Below are positions 17,796 to 27,039 of a stretch of DNA of 64,000 bases, piece after piece. Made by a program: the position numbers and the translations under genes. Each line of letters begins with the position of its first letter. The stretch's first letter is position 1. Source of the stretch: Candidatus Bathyarchaeota archaeon (lineage in GTDB: Archaea > Thermoproteota > Bathyarchaeia > 40CM-2-53-6); the NCBI GenBank assembly GCA_963733055.1, contig CAVTBR010000001.1, positions 1,248,001-1,312,000 of the forward strand, read 5' to 3'. The notes beneath the pieces were generated by a model. That model did not search any database. It was not told where the DNA came from and saw only the letters and a program-made list of their open reading frames with translations.

Positions 17796-18711
17796 ATGCC
17801 GACGGTCGTCTGCAAGCAGTGCGGAGCCAAAGTCAGCGACGAATACACCTTCTGCCAGTATTGCCAAACCCCGATTAACGGAAAACCAGCAAAACCAGAG
17901 ACCGGTACAGGGAAGGGAGTTTGTTCAAATTGTGGCGCAAAGGCACGTCAGGGTCAGAGATTTTGCACGAACTGCGGTCAAGCCATGACGATCGACGTCG
18001 AGGAAGTCTTGAACTCCACGTTCAAAATACTCCGCAAAGCACCTCTCATCGTCGTTCCAACGATCATAGACGTTACCTTTTCCACACTTGGTCTAGCGTG
18101 GATTGGTGGACCGTTCTTTGGGCAAAGCGTATCAGGGGAAAGCCTATCGGTTCTCTTAGCAACACTGTGGACTCCTCTGCCTAAACTCCTGGCATTATTC
18201 GTCGTTGGGATATTCCTCTTCCCAATCGTAACAGGGATGTATCCCTCCATGGTCGAAGATGCGTATGATCGAAGAAAGCTTAGATTAGCTCGCACTCTTC
18301 GCAAATCGGTTAGGAAATACCCCTCAGTATTTGCGTCGAACATACTTGTTGGTGCGTTGATTATGCTTGGGTTGTTACTATTCGTGGTTCCCGCGGTTCA
18401 TTGTGGGTGCTTGGTACTATTATGTTGTACCCGCGATCATTCTTGAAGATCGTGGGACGTTAAGCGGTATGTCGGCTAGCAAGAAGTTTGCGCGTAATAA
18501 GAAATGGGCGACGTTCATCATGTTTCTGATTGTCTCGGGAATATCCGTTCTCGGGTCTTATGTTCGCGGAGGGGGGGCGATCTCAAACACTACTGGTATG
18601 GCGCTCTTCATTGTGACCGAATTAGTCTTCGGAGTATTCGCTGGGGTATTGGGGGCGATCATGCCAACGTATACTTACCTATCTTACGCCATGCGACGGT
18701 CAATGAAATGA
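17796..18711 (+). pseudogene. Double-zinc-ribbon membrane protein split by a +1 frameshift
   Basis: ORFs 17796-18446 and 18367-18711 join as ...LFVVPG-FIVGAWYYYVVPAIILEDRG if the C at about 18394 is removed. Confidence 0.7.
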
Positions 18712-18762
18712 GATATTGATCGAGAACGTAAACGACTCATCTGTGTGATTGGAAGCTTCTCG

Positions 18763-19257
18763 CTAACTCAGACTAAGTTTCATTTCCCACATGCGCCTGA
18801 ACCCTCGTCGGAGATATACTCGTCTACCCATAGGGCTTGCATGAAGCATAATCGCGGCATACCCATTCCTTTTCGCCCATTTGACCGCCTCGTCCACGAT
18901 CCCAGAAGCTAAACCACGTCCACGCCATTCAGGTTCCGTATACATGGAGAGAAGAAAGGGTTGAACCAAATGTTTTACACCCGGCCGCGAAACGGTCGGC
19001 CTCAACCACACAATTCCACCCGCCACTATACCGCTCCGTTTCGTTTCTGCGACCCATCCCACAACCCTACCAGTCTTCAACCTTGACCGCACCCAACGAC
19101 GATAGAGTCGACTTTCCTCGTCGAGTTTCGCCCTGCTCTTTTCACCCATATCAGCCCACATACCTCGGCGTTGATGCACGAGTACGTTGAGATCTCGGAG
19201 GGATGCACGCCGAAGTTTGACTCGGCCTTTTGGTGGTCTGTGGGTTTTTGGGTTCAC
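18763..19257 (-). CDS. GNAT family N-acetyltransferase
   Basis: 'MYTEPEWRGRGLA', 'LHASPMGRRVY.RRGF'. Confidence 0.9.
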   Translation of the reverse strand: MNPKTHRPPKGRVKLRRASLRDLNVLVHQRRGMWADMGEKSRAKLDEESRLYRRWVRSRLKTGRVVGWVAETKRSGIVAGGIVWLRPTVSRPGVKHLVQPFLLSMYTEPEWRGRGLASGIVDEAVKWAKRNGYAAIMLHASPMGRRVYLRRGFRRMWEMKLSLS

Positions 19258-19423
19258 TTTGGGTTCGAACCTACGCTAAGGATGCAGATCAACTTCAGTT
19301 TTATGACGTTAGATGACTCGGCACCTTCGCTGATAGGCTCCATCCTGACGGTAGCCTCCGTAACCTGTAGCGCTGTAAAGATAACATTATATAATACCGG
19401 ATAGCTCAGTAACGTGAAGGCAG

Positions 19424-19558
19424 ATGGAAAGAAAAACGACCAGCATAAAGGTAAATCCCGAGGTGTGGAAAGAAACCAAGAAGCTGGCCATAGATCGTGG
19501 TCTAGAAGTATCGGAATTGGTCGAACAGGCGCTCAAGAAGGAGTTGCAGAGAAAATGA
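19424..19558 (+). CDS. Ribbon-helix-helix DNA-binding microprotein, 44 aa (not in ORF track)
   Basis: MERKTTSIKVNPEVWKETKKLAIDRGLEVSELVEQALKKELQRK; TTATATA box upstream. Confidence 0.8.
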   Translation: MERKTTSIKVNPEVWKETKKLAIDRGLEVSELVEQALKKELQRK

Positions 19559-19656
19559 CTTTTCCAGAAGCCAAGAGGAGAGTTCGAAAGGCTATCGATT
19601 CATTTCATGAATCGTCACAGCACCACCACAAGTCGCACGATTAGGCGCTGAAAGTA

Positions 19657-19857
19657 TCATTCGACAGCTATCCGCCCCATGAAAGAGATTGCGCCTGCAA
19701 GACCTGCGGTGAGAACCGCGCCACTCAGATCAGTCTTGACAGCCCCTAGACCCAACGCGCTCAGGATTGCGCTGAGCGATATCAGGGAAGTCCAGACCGC
19801 GGCTATGGCCCCGTCAATTACGGCCACCCTGTAATTGGGATTCCTCCGTCTGGGCAA
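19657..19857 (-). CDS. Small 2-TM membrane protein, holin-like
   Basis: 66 aa; basic N-terminus and two Gly/Ala-rich TMs. Confidence 0.5.
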   Translation of the reverse strand: MPRRRNPNYRVAVIDGAIAAVWTSLISLSAILSALGLGAVKTDLSGAVLTAGLAGAISFMGRIAVE

Positions 19858-19873
19858 CTTTGAATTGGCCTAC

Positions 19874-20116
19874 CTAGGATTCCCGTCGTCGACGCATCAA
19901 GCCGAGAACCAATAGCAGGGCGCCTATAGCAAATTCGAGAACCGCCGCATCGATCCCCGTTCCTTTGATCTTGAAGCCCTCTGGAGTTGCTTCTACGATC
20001 ATCGAAAACGGTTTCAGAATTATCTCCACAGATTGTGAGGGAAGGAAGATAGCCGCGATTATCAGAATAACTCCGATAACTATCAAAGCAACAGTAAGCG
20101 GGTCTTCATCAGCCAA
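19874..20116 (-). CDS. Small 2-TM membrane protein
   Basis: 80 aa; TM-loop-TM-RRRR. Confidence 0.55.
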   Translation of the reverse strand: MADEDPLTVALIVIGVILIIAAIFLPSQSVEIILKPFSMIVEATPEGFKIKGTGIDAAVLEFAIGALLLVLGLMRRRRES

Positions 20117-20375
20117 TCCACATCAAATCCAGAAGCACCTATTCACGTATTTAGCTGCATATGTTACCGATTTTGCGCTCAGAGACGGTCTAATCTGACT
20201 TTGGCTTCTAGTTCGCTGTTTGTTATGTCGTAATTCCGTCATTTCATATGACTTTACTGTTTTGGTGTGCTTAGGATGGGTGCGGGAAGAGGGAATGGAT
20301 CAATGTGTGTATGACGTTACCGCTGCGGCTCTGTAACTTGACTGGGGCGTTTCCCGGGGTGAGAATGTCTGGCCG

Positions 20376-20891
20376 CTAAACTGCCGGAACTGGAACTGCG
20401 AGCGTCTCTTGCTTGACCACGCACGCTACTGGGAGTTTCGTGGTTCCGACTTTGAGTGCGCGTTTTGCGGTTTCGAGAGCATTGCTATTCACGTAAATGT
20501 CCAATATGGATTGGCCTGCCGTGATTCTGGCGGCTCGGCCGCTTGGTTTACCAAAGGACCGACGCATGCCCTCCTGCAGCCTGTCGGCGCCTGCGGTTGC
20601 GATCATGCGGTTCTCTCGCAAGATGCAGTGCGGGTAAACCTTCAGATGAATCTTGTACCCCGTCTCGCCCAATGCATCGAAGAGCACTTTGTTGGCGGCG
20701 ACACGTGCAGCTTCAAGCGCATTGTGTCTAATTTGGACCGGCGCTTGAGCGATAAGTGAGAATCTGTATTCGAATTTGGCTTTGAGATCGCCGCTCATGA
20801 ACCTTGAGATCTTTGAAGGGGGAGTTCCGTGAATGTACTTCAGCCTCGTGTACGGTTGGCCTTTTGTGACCCTGTAGTTTCTACCCTTCAT
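20376..20891 (-). CDS. rpl10e: 50S ribosomal protein L10e (uL16)
   Basis: 'QIRHNALEAARVAANK', 'ILREN..ATAGADRLQEGMRRSFGKP'. Confidence 0.97.
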   Translation of the reverse strand: MKGRNYRVTKGQPYTRLKYIHGTPPSKISRFMSGDLKAKFEYRFSLIAQAPVQIRHNALEAARVAANKVLFDALGETGYKIHLKVYPHCILRENRMIATAGADRLQEGMRRSFGKPSGRAARITAGQSILDIYVNSNALETAKRALKVGTTKLPVACVVKQETLAVPVPAV

Positions 20892-20944
20892 GACCCTTAC
20901 CTTCTCTGAGAGTTTAGCGAGATTGCTTTGGCTGTTACTTAAGC

Positions 20945-21640
20945 TTACGTGAGCTTAGCCGATGCCTTTCTGAACACGCCGAGAAGAAGCGTCGCTTCCC
21001 TTCGAGTCATGAAAGAGCGAGAGACAATGTTACGAAAAGACCGCTGGGACAAAGGCTGCTTGTGCCTCTGCACATCGCTTCGACTTACCAAGCGACCAAA
21101 CTCTAGTAGCAATCTAGCTTTCATTGCCTTGGTCGCCAATATTGGTGCTCGTCTGGCGGTCCGTGTTCTGAAGAGTTCATAGAAAATGATTGACGCGGCT
21201 GAAGCGATGTTTAGAACATTGTACTTGCGGTTCGCGGGTATCGTCACGATAAAATCGCAAGCCCTTAGCTCTTTGTTACTCAGCCCAGAGCTTTCTCGGC
21301 CAAAGAGGATTCCAACATTACCCTTGAACGCCTCGACTCGTTGCGCGAGGTCGAAGGGTGTGACGGGGATTCGTGCAAGGTTTGAGCTGCTGGTTGCGGG
21401 TATGGCGCTTGTTCCGACCACGAGGTCTAAGCCTCTTAGTCCCTGTTTCAGCTTCTTGACTTTCTTTGCTCGGGTGAGCACGTCGTAGCCGTGCATCGCG
21501 AACGCTCTCGCTTCCACCGTCAGCGGCGTCTTCGAGTTCACTATGTACAAGTCGGAGAGATTGAAATTCTTCATCGACCGCGCCACAGCGCCAATATTCC
21601 CCGCACTCTCAGGCTCAACCAAAACGACTCTCACATTCAT
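20945..21640 (-). CDS. trmJ: tRNA 2'-O-methyltransferase, TrmJ/LasT SPOUT family
   Basis: 'VLVEPESAGNIGAVARSMKNF', 'FGRESSGLSN', 'YNVLNIASA'. Confidence 0.9.
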   Translation of the reverse strand: MNVRVVLVEPESAGNIGAVARSMKNFNLSDLYIVNSKTPLTVEARAFAMHGYDVLTRAKKVKKLKQGLRGLDLVVGTSAIPATSSSNLARIPVTPFDLAQRVEAFKGNVGILFGRESSGLSNKELRACDFIVTIPANRKYNVLNIASAASIIFYELFRTRTARRAPILATKAMKARLLLEFGRLVSRSDVQRHKQPLSQRSFRNIVSRSFMTRREATLLLGVFRKASAKLT

Positions 21641-21659
21641 CCAAACCAGATCCGAATCA

Positions 21660-22472
21660 TCATTTGACAGCCTCTGCGATTATGTTGGATAACGTAATGA
21701 ATTCGGTTGGGGTGAGTTCGTAGACCCTCTTCTCCGTGAACCCCACTTCAGAAAGAACCCTCTCCTTGATCGTAGGGGATTTGGCGGCTAGGTATCTGGA
21801 TAGGACGCCACGTAATTTCCGGCGGCGTTGAGTGAACAAATCCCGGACGAGGTACTCGAACGTTTTAGAGTCCAGTACTGGTATGGGGGGCGGGCTTGGC
21901 TTGATTGTTACTAAGGCGGAATCAACCCTAGGCTTCGGGTAGAAAGAAGATGCCGGGACTTGGGTTACGTATTCGGCTCGGGCCTTAGTTTGTAGCATAA
22001 CCGAGAGCCTCCCATACTCCCGCGAGCCATTCGGCGCGGTCAACCTCTTGACAAAATCCTCTTGCAACAGCAAGCTTGCCAATTCGAACCCACTGCCCAG
22101 GATGTGGAGCGTGAGCTTCGATGAGATATTGTAAGGCGGGCTCGAAACGACCTTGGCGCCGGACGGGATTTGAATCTCGAGCGCATCGCCCTGAATTACT
22201 TCGACATTCGGACTCTTCGCGAACTTTTCCGCCAGAAATGTCGCCAGAGTTCGATCTTTCTCGATGGCGACCAGATGACCGGCACGGGATGCTAGAATTG
22301 CGGTGAGGAAGCCGAGGCCTGAGCCCACCTCGACAACCGTATCCTTGTCCGATAACTCAGCTTTGTCAATGAGTATGTCGCGAATTTGTTTGTCTAGAAG
22401 AAAGTGTTGACCAAACCGTTTCAGCGGAGGTATGCCTAGCTCATCGAGTTCGCGACGGACCCAACCCAACAC
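21660..22472 (-). CDS. rsmA: 16S rRNA adenine dimethyltransferase KsgA/Dim1
   Basis: 'KRFGQHFL', 'EVGSGLG', 'SSPPYNISS', 'YGRLSV', 'FYPKPRVDS'. Confidence 0.95.
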   Translation of the reverse strand: MLGWVRRELDELGIPPLKRFGQHFLLDKQIRDILIDKAELSDKDTVVEVGSGLGFLTAILASRAGHLVAIEKDRTLATFLAEKFAKSPNVEVIQGDALEIQIPSGAKVVSSPPYNISSKLTLHILGSGFELASLLLQEDFVKRLTAPNGSREYGRLSVMLQTKARAEYVTQVPASSFYPKPRVDSALVTIKPSPPPIPVLDSKTFEYLVRDLFTQRRRKLRGVLSRYLAAKSPTIKERVLSEVGFTEKRVYELTPTEFITLSNIIAEAVK

Positions 22473-22514
22473 CGAATCCCTGCATTCTCAGAGAGTTGAT
22501 TCAGATTTGAGGTA

Positions 22515-23615
22515 TTAGGCGGTTAGGAATTTTGAGATATCTGTTTGTCCGGTTGGCTTCGTCAATTCTGAGACCCTGACGCCCACTCTTCGGAGTACTG
22601 CGGTAGGCGTGGATTGCATGAATTCCTCAATCAACTGCTTTGACGCGGTGCCGATTATTGAGGCGTCGGAGGTTGAGGTTTCTAGGGTTCTGGATTTGCT
22701 GTGCATGCTCAGATCGGTGAGTATGGCTATGATTGCGACGGATTTGCAGCTCATCCCGTTTGCTTTCGTCTTCTCCGCCACGCTGTTCACTAACTCTGTC
22801 AGGAGAGGAAGGATTTCCTCTGGTTTTCGCGTGTTCTGTTTGAGCGTGGCGATGCGACTGAATTGAGTTGGCTGCTCCCGCTCCTTAACCGGTTCATCAT
22901 CTTCTCCCCGCGAGGCTTGGTACAGGTAGCTTCCGAGGCTTTTTCCGAATATTTCCACGAGAACGGTGGGAGAGAGCGCCGAGAGTTCAGCTACCGTCGA
23001 AACGTTCAGTTGAGTCAATCTTTCTTCGGCTTTCACTCCAACGCCTGGAATCCTACCTACCGGCAACGGAGAAAGAAAGTCTTTGACCTCTCCGGGATTC
23101 ACGACCGTGAGCCCGTCCGGTTTCGTTTGATCCGAAGCTATCTTCGCCACCACCTTGTTCGGTGCAACCCCAACCGAACATGTGATGTGTTCTTCAGTTA
23201 GCAATTCATTCTTTATTTCGCGAGCCATCTCGCGAGCTGAATCGTAATTTAGCTGCGTTCTGTCTGAGATATCTAGGAAAGCTTCGTCTATGCTCATCTT
23301 TTCGTGAGCGTCGCCGTGGGCTCGAAGAATATCCATAACTCTTCCGGAGACTTGTTCATAGTAGGGGCGGTTCATTGGAAGGAAAGCGGAGTCTACGGAT
23401 TCTAACAATTTCTTGGCGCGTACGATTGGGATGCCGGCTTTCACACCGTATTTTCTAGCCAGATAGTTGGAGGTGGCGACCGCGCCGCTTTCCTCTGTTC
23501 GTCCGGAGTATACGCATACGACGACGGGCTTTCCTCGAATCGCCGGGTTGGCGTTCTCTTCGCATTGGGCGTAGAAGTAGTCGAGGTCGACGTGCATGAC
23601 TACCCTAGGTTGCAA
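22515..23615 (-). CDS. dinB: DNA polymerase IV (Y family, DinB/Dpo4)
   Basis: 'HVDLDYFYAQ', 'SIDEAFLD', 'AKIASD..KPDG'. Confidence 0.95.
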   Translation of the reverse strand: MQPRVVMHVDLDYFYAQCEENANPAIRGKPVVVCVYSGRTEESGAVATSNYLARKYGVKAGIPIVRAKKLLESVDSAFLPMNRPYYEQVSGRVMDILRAHGDAHEKMSIDEAFLDISDRTQLNYDSAREMAREIKNELLTEEHITCSVGVAPNKVVAKIASDQTKPDGLTVVNPGEVKDFLSPLPVGRIPGVGVKAEERLTQLNVSTVAELSALSPTVLVEIFGKSLGSYLYQASRGEDDEPVKEREQPTQFSRIATLKQNTRKPEEILPLLTELVNSVAEKTKANGMSCKSVAIIAILTDLSMHSKSRTLETSTSDASIIGTASKQLIEEFMQSTPTAVLRRVGVRVSELTKPTGQTDISKFLTA

Positions 23616-23627
23616 GGGGGAGGATCT

Positions 23628-24278
23628 CTAAAGGGCTCGGGAGAAGATCCGGTACTTTTCTCCGCCGCCCAGCTCATCGAGTATTCGCTTCGCTATGACC
23701 TTGATCGGATCGCCCACGCTTGTGCGGTCTTTGAGGTCTTTGAAGCTGGCGAACGGTTTCTTTTCCCGAGCGTTGATTATCTGCCACATCGACTTCTTAC
23801 CAATCCCGGGCAACAGCTCTAGGGCGTGCATGCGCGGTGTGATAGCTTGGGAATTGTTGAAGAACGCCACGAACCGCTGCTCTTGGTTTGTGATTAGTTC
23901 TTCGAGTACCGAGAGTACTTCGGCTTTGGCGTTGGCTGTGAGGTCGTTGAACCCGATTCTTCCGATGATTCGATTAATCTTCTCACGCCGGTCCTTCCCA
24001 ATGTAAACGCGCTCGTGCAGGTTAACCTGCGTGCCAGCGCGAACTTCCGCTTCGAGCAGGGTGAAGTAGGTTTCACCCACAACCTGGACTGTGGGGAGTG
24101 CTAGGTGTCTCGGCTTGTCTGCGGCCGGCCTGCCATATTGTAAGTAGTCTAGGACGTAGGCGTACTCTTCGTACAGCCTGGGAGGAAGTCCGGCTTCAGA
24201 TGGGCCGCTTGACCTGTATCTTGAGGCGCTTGAACTCATGCCTCCGCCGTACTCTGAGCTTCTTGTACTCTCACTCAT
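23628..24278 (-). CDS. DUF655 family nucleic-acid-binding protein
   Basis: 'EEYAYVLDY', 'GETYFTLLE', 'RMHALELLPGIGKK'; conserved neighbour of rpoF and rsmA. Confidence 0.9.
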   Translation of the reverse strand: MSESTRSSEYGGGMSSSASRYRSSGPSEAGLPPRLYEEYAYVLDYLQYGRPAADKPRHLALPTVQVVGETYFTLLEAEVRAGTQVNLHERVYIGKDRREKINRIIGRIGFNDLTANAKAEVLSVLEELITNQEQRFVAFFNNSQAITPRMHALELLPGIGKKSMWQIINAREKKPFASFKDLKDRTSVGDPIKVIAKRILDELGGGEKYRIFSRAL

Positions 24279-24499
24279 CTTTCATGTCTCCAGAAGTAGA
24301 CGCGTTTTTTCGCGTTTTATGGGAGCCAGCAGAGGGTTGGCCTATGTGCCTTCTCAGTCGTGGTGATTCGCGAAGGGTGGCCTAGTGCGGGCAAGGTTTA
24401 GCATATCCACCTAAAATGGTGTTTTCGGGGGGAAAAAAGCTTCCTGTCCCACCCCCTAACAGGGGTCAGTTGCTTAATCTTCGCTGTATCTATTCACGA

Positions 24500-24520
24500 G
24501 TGTCATACACGGTATGACAC
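24500..24520. repeat. Palindrome GTGTCATAC-ACG-GTATGACAC
   Basis: Perfect 9-bp arms; resembles the palindromes at 29.0-29.4 kb. Confidence 0.6.
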
Positions 24521-24722
24521 CAAACTGCTCGTTAGCCCAATCTTCCCTGTCTCCAACCCGTTGCTGGATAAGGCGAAAGTTTTGTGCGATGCGGTATTTT
24601 GTTTCAAGATTGAAAAAAGCGTGACAAAATACTTGCATGATTCTTGAGAGACATCGTTACCCTCCAAATAATCGGAACCTGTAAATTCTAAGGATTTGTA
24701 GTGGGCGCGAGGATGCATTAAG

Positions 24723-25148
24723 ATGCCCGACCAGACCGAACCCACTTTCTTCGCCTACCACGTGCTTATGGATACCCTGATCTCAAGCCTGTACGAGCGT
24801 TTGGCGGGTGTAACATCGAAACGTGTTGCGGACCAATTCATGATGACTACAGCGACCAGAGTAGCGGAGAAGCTCGTTGGAGACTCGCCCGACCCCGTTG
24901 AGGCAATGCGTGCAATCCTCCTATCGAACGATTGTCAGGTTGATAAGACCAAAACTGATGACTCGACGGACTGGAATGTCATATGCCCGTTCGCCCAAAC
25001 CGTACATCCTAAGATACCCAGCGACACAATCTGCCCGCTCGCCCTACTATTCTTGGGCGCGGTTCAGCTAAAAGAAACGCAATCAGAGCTGGTCGTAAAC
25101 AGCCTTACCGCAGAAGGTAGCAAGTTCACGATCAAACACAAAACCTAG
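24723..25148 (+). CDS. V4R/methanogen-output-domain-like small ligand-binding protein
   Basis: 'ICPF....P....ICP' Cys pair typical of V4R/MetOD-like domains. Confidence 0.55.
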   Translation: MPDQTEPTFFAYHVLMDTLISSLYERLAGVTSKRVADQFMMTTATRVAEKLVGDSPDPVEAMRAILLSNDCQVDKTKTDDSTDWNVICPFAQTVHPKIPSDTICPLALLFLGAVQLKETQSELVVNSLTAEGSKFTIKHKT

Positions 25149-25193
25149 CATGAACACTAGGTTTCTCGGCGAGCGCAGGGTGACGGAGACTTA

Positions 25194-25209
25194 GTTACCG
25201 TTCGGTAAC
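25194..25209. terminator. Hairpin GTTACCG-TT-CGGTAAC between convergent genes
   Basis: 7-bp perfect inverted repeat abutting the rpoF stop codon. Confidence 0.3.
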
Positions 25210-25545
25210 CTAGTCTTCCCGATATCCCTTGACGAGTTTGAGAATATCCTCTAACTGAGTAGCGCTGATTATTCTGCCCTTGACGGTGAGTATTGTGCGA
25301 AGTTCTTCCACGTACTGCGGCATCGTGTTAACGATCTGAATAGCGTCCTTCCGATCCAGCTGAAACTTCTCACCCAACTCCCGAACCAGCTTCTCCGCCT
25401 TTGGGGCTGGGACTTTGGCAAACTTGGAAGCGTAGTCGAGCGTGCGCCTTTGGAACTCCCCGAGCTCGTCTTCCTTCGCCTTTTCCAATGTCTTCCTAGC
25501 TTCAGCCGTGGTAGTGGGTTTTGAATCGATAATTTTTCTTGGCAT
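25210..25545 (-). CDS. rpoF: DNA-directed RNA polymerase subunit Rpo4/F
   Basis: 'FQRRTLDYASKF', 'AIQIVNTMP..VEELRTIL'; follows rpl21e. Confidence 0.92.
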   Translation of the reverse strand: MPRKIIDSKPTTTAEARKTLEKAKEDELGEFQRRTLDYASKFAKVPAPKAEKLVRELGEKFQLDRKDAIQIVNTMPQYVEELRTILTVKGRIISATQLEDILKLVKGYRED

Positions 25546-25555
25546 GGGGGTTCAC

Positions 25556-25849
25556 TTAGCGTAGGGGTGTTATGTGTTCTGGGCGGGCGATGATCTGCTT
25601 GGTCTGCTTCCCCATCTCAACATGAACAACGTACGACTTGCCCCGTTTCTCATGAATCACACCAACCCTACCGTGGTACCGCCTATGCGGCATACCTTTG
25701 TGAACGGAAGAATCCAGCATAATCGTCACCTTCTCCCCCGGCTCGTACACCCTCAAGATTCTGCTCAGCCCGAGCTTTCCTCTCTCGCGAGGATGCTTAT
25801 GGAAAAGGGACCTTGTCCTTGACCGGTAACCCTTCGAACGCCTAACCAT
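25556..25849 (-). CDS. rpl21e: 50S ribosomal protein L21e
   Basis: 'SKGYRSRTR', 'HKGMPHRRYHGRVG', 'IARPEHI'. Confidence 0.97.
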   Translation of the reverse strand: MVRRSKGYRSRTRSLFHKHPRERGKLGLSRILRVYEPGEKVTIMLDSSVHKGMPHRRYHGRVGVIHEKRGKSYVVHVEMGKQTKQIIARPEHITPLR

Positions 25850-26034
25850 ACGGCATAACCTTGAATTTTGTTAGCAAATTACCCGCGGCTAATTAACTTA
25901 CGGGAGCTGAATCTGTGGAGGCTCTCACCGAAGGTCGGTAGTAACTAATTTCTCAACGCAATAAACAGGGATAACATGTTCTAGACATCTTTCTTGTCGT
26001 TGCACTCATCAGGTGAGTCAAGGGATAATCCTCG

Positions 26035-27003
26035 TTAGCGTGTGATGATTACCTTTCTCTTTAGCGGAACCGCATTCGACTCACCTGGTAACTTACCGGG
26101 TATTAATAGTTCGTAGACTCCCGGGAGAGTAGGAAGGCCTTCTGCTTTCCATAGCCAGGTATGACTATTTTCAGGTTTGACGACTATTGCTTCCTTGAGG
26201 TCCGGAGTGGACTTGTTCAAATCCTCCCGCTTAGGGTCCTGACATCGGATTTTCCACAAAAATTCTCCCGGCACGAATGTAATACATTCTTTGTCATCCA
26301 AGTTGGTAACTGTGATCGTTACCCACTCATCCTCCTTGCACTCAAGTGGATAAATGGTCCAATCTACTGGAACGCTCTTCTGACCGTGAATAATACTATG
26401 ACTAAAAGTGAGCCTTATCTTACCTATCAGATACAGGATCGCGATTGTGATTGCGACAGACAGGAAGAGAACTCTCGTTCGTAGCATCGCGAGACTTGGG
26501 ACAAGTATCGAAATTTGAAAAGTTGGGATTACAACAAAATACCCGACAGTCCCTGCCGTTATTGCGAAAAAGGCATAGGCGGCCGTTACATACCAGGAGA
26601 AATGATCACTACGTGCTCTGTCTGAAATGATTTCTGTCAGTTCCAAGTTCAGCCGTCTTTCAATAACAAGACCTCTAGTCACAGCGGCTCTCTCAAAGAG
26701 GTCATAGTTCCTTTCAATCAATCGCAATGCAACGATGAGACAAAGAGTGACCATAATCACCATCAGTTTAATGGGTGTTGGAAGGGGCGTAGTGCTAGAA
26801 CTGGAGAATTTTGAGGAATCAGGTAACAAAAGAGACTGTGCAGTCAAGAGAGCCGTTATGAAGGTAAAGCCGAGCTTTCGTAAGTCTTGTATTCGATCAT
26901 CAAATTTCTCAAGAAGAGTTCTAATCGTATCCCACTCATCTAGAGTGTTGTCGTCTTTGGAAGGCTTACTGGCTGCTGTCGGTTGGGTCAACTGTTGTTT
27001 CAA
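26035..27003 (-). CDS. Hypothetical 4-TM membrane protein with C-terminal beta domain
   Basis: 322-aa ORF inserted between srp54 and rpl21e. Confidence 0.6.
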   Translation of the reverse strand: MKQQLTQPTAASKPSKDDNTLDEWDTIRTLLEKFDDRIQDLRKLGFTFITALLTAQSLLLPDSSKFSSSSTTPLPTPIKLMVIMVTLCLIVALRLIERNYDLFERAAVTRGLVIERRLNLELTEIISDRARSDHFSWYVTAAYAFFAITAGTVGYFVVIPTFQISILVPSLAMLRTRVLFLSVAITIAILYLIGKIRLTFSHSIIHGQKSVPVDWTIYPLECKEDEWVTITVTNLDDKECITFVPGEFLWKIRCQDPKREDLNKSTPDLKEAIVVKPENSHTWLWKAEGLPTLPGVYELLIPGKLPGESNAVPLKRKVIITR

Positions 27004-27039
27004 TCAAGTACTGAGGGAAAGGCACTAAAAAATCAAGTG

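Noticed and set aside
19414-19644. 76-aa ORF from the track
   Set aside because: The alternative frame 19424-19558 encodes a convincing RHH protein; only the last 29 codons of this ORF may be real
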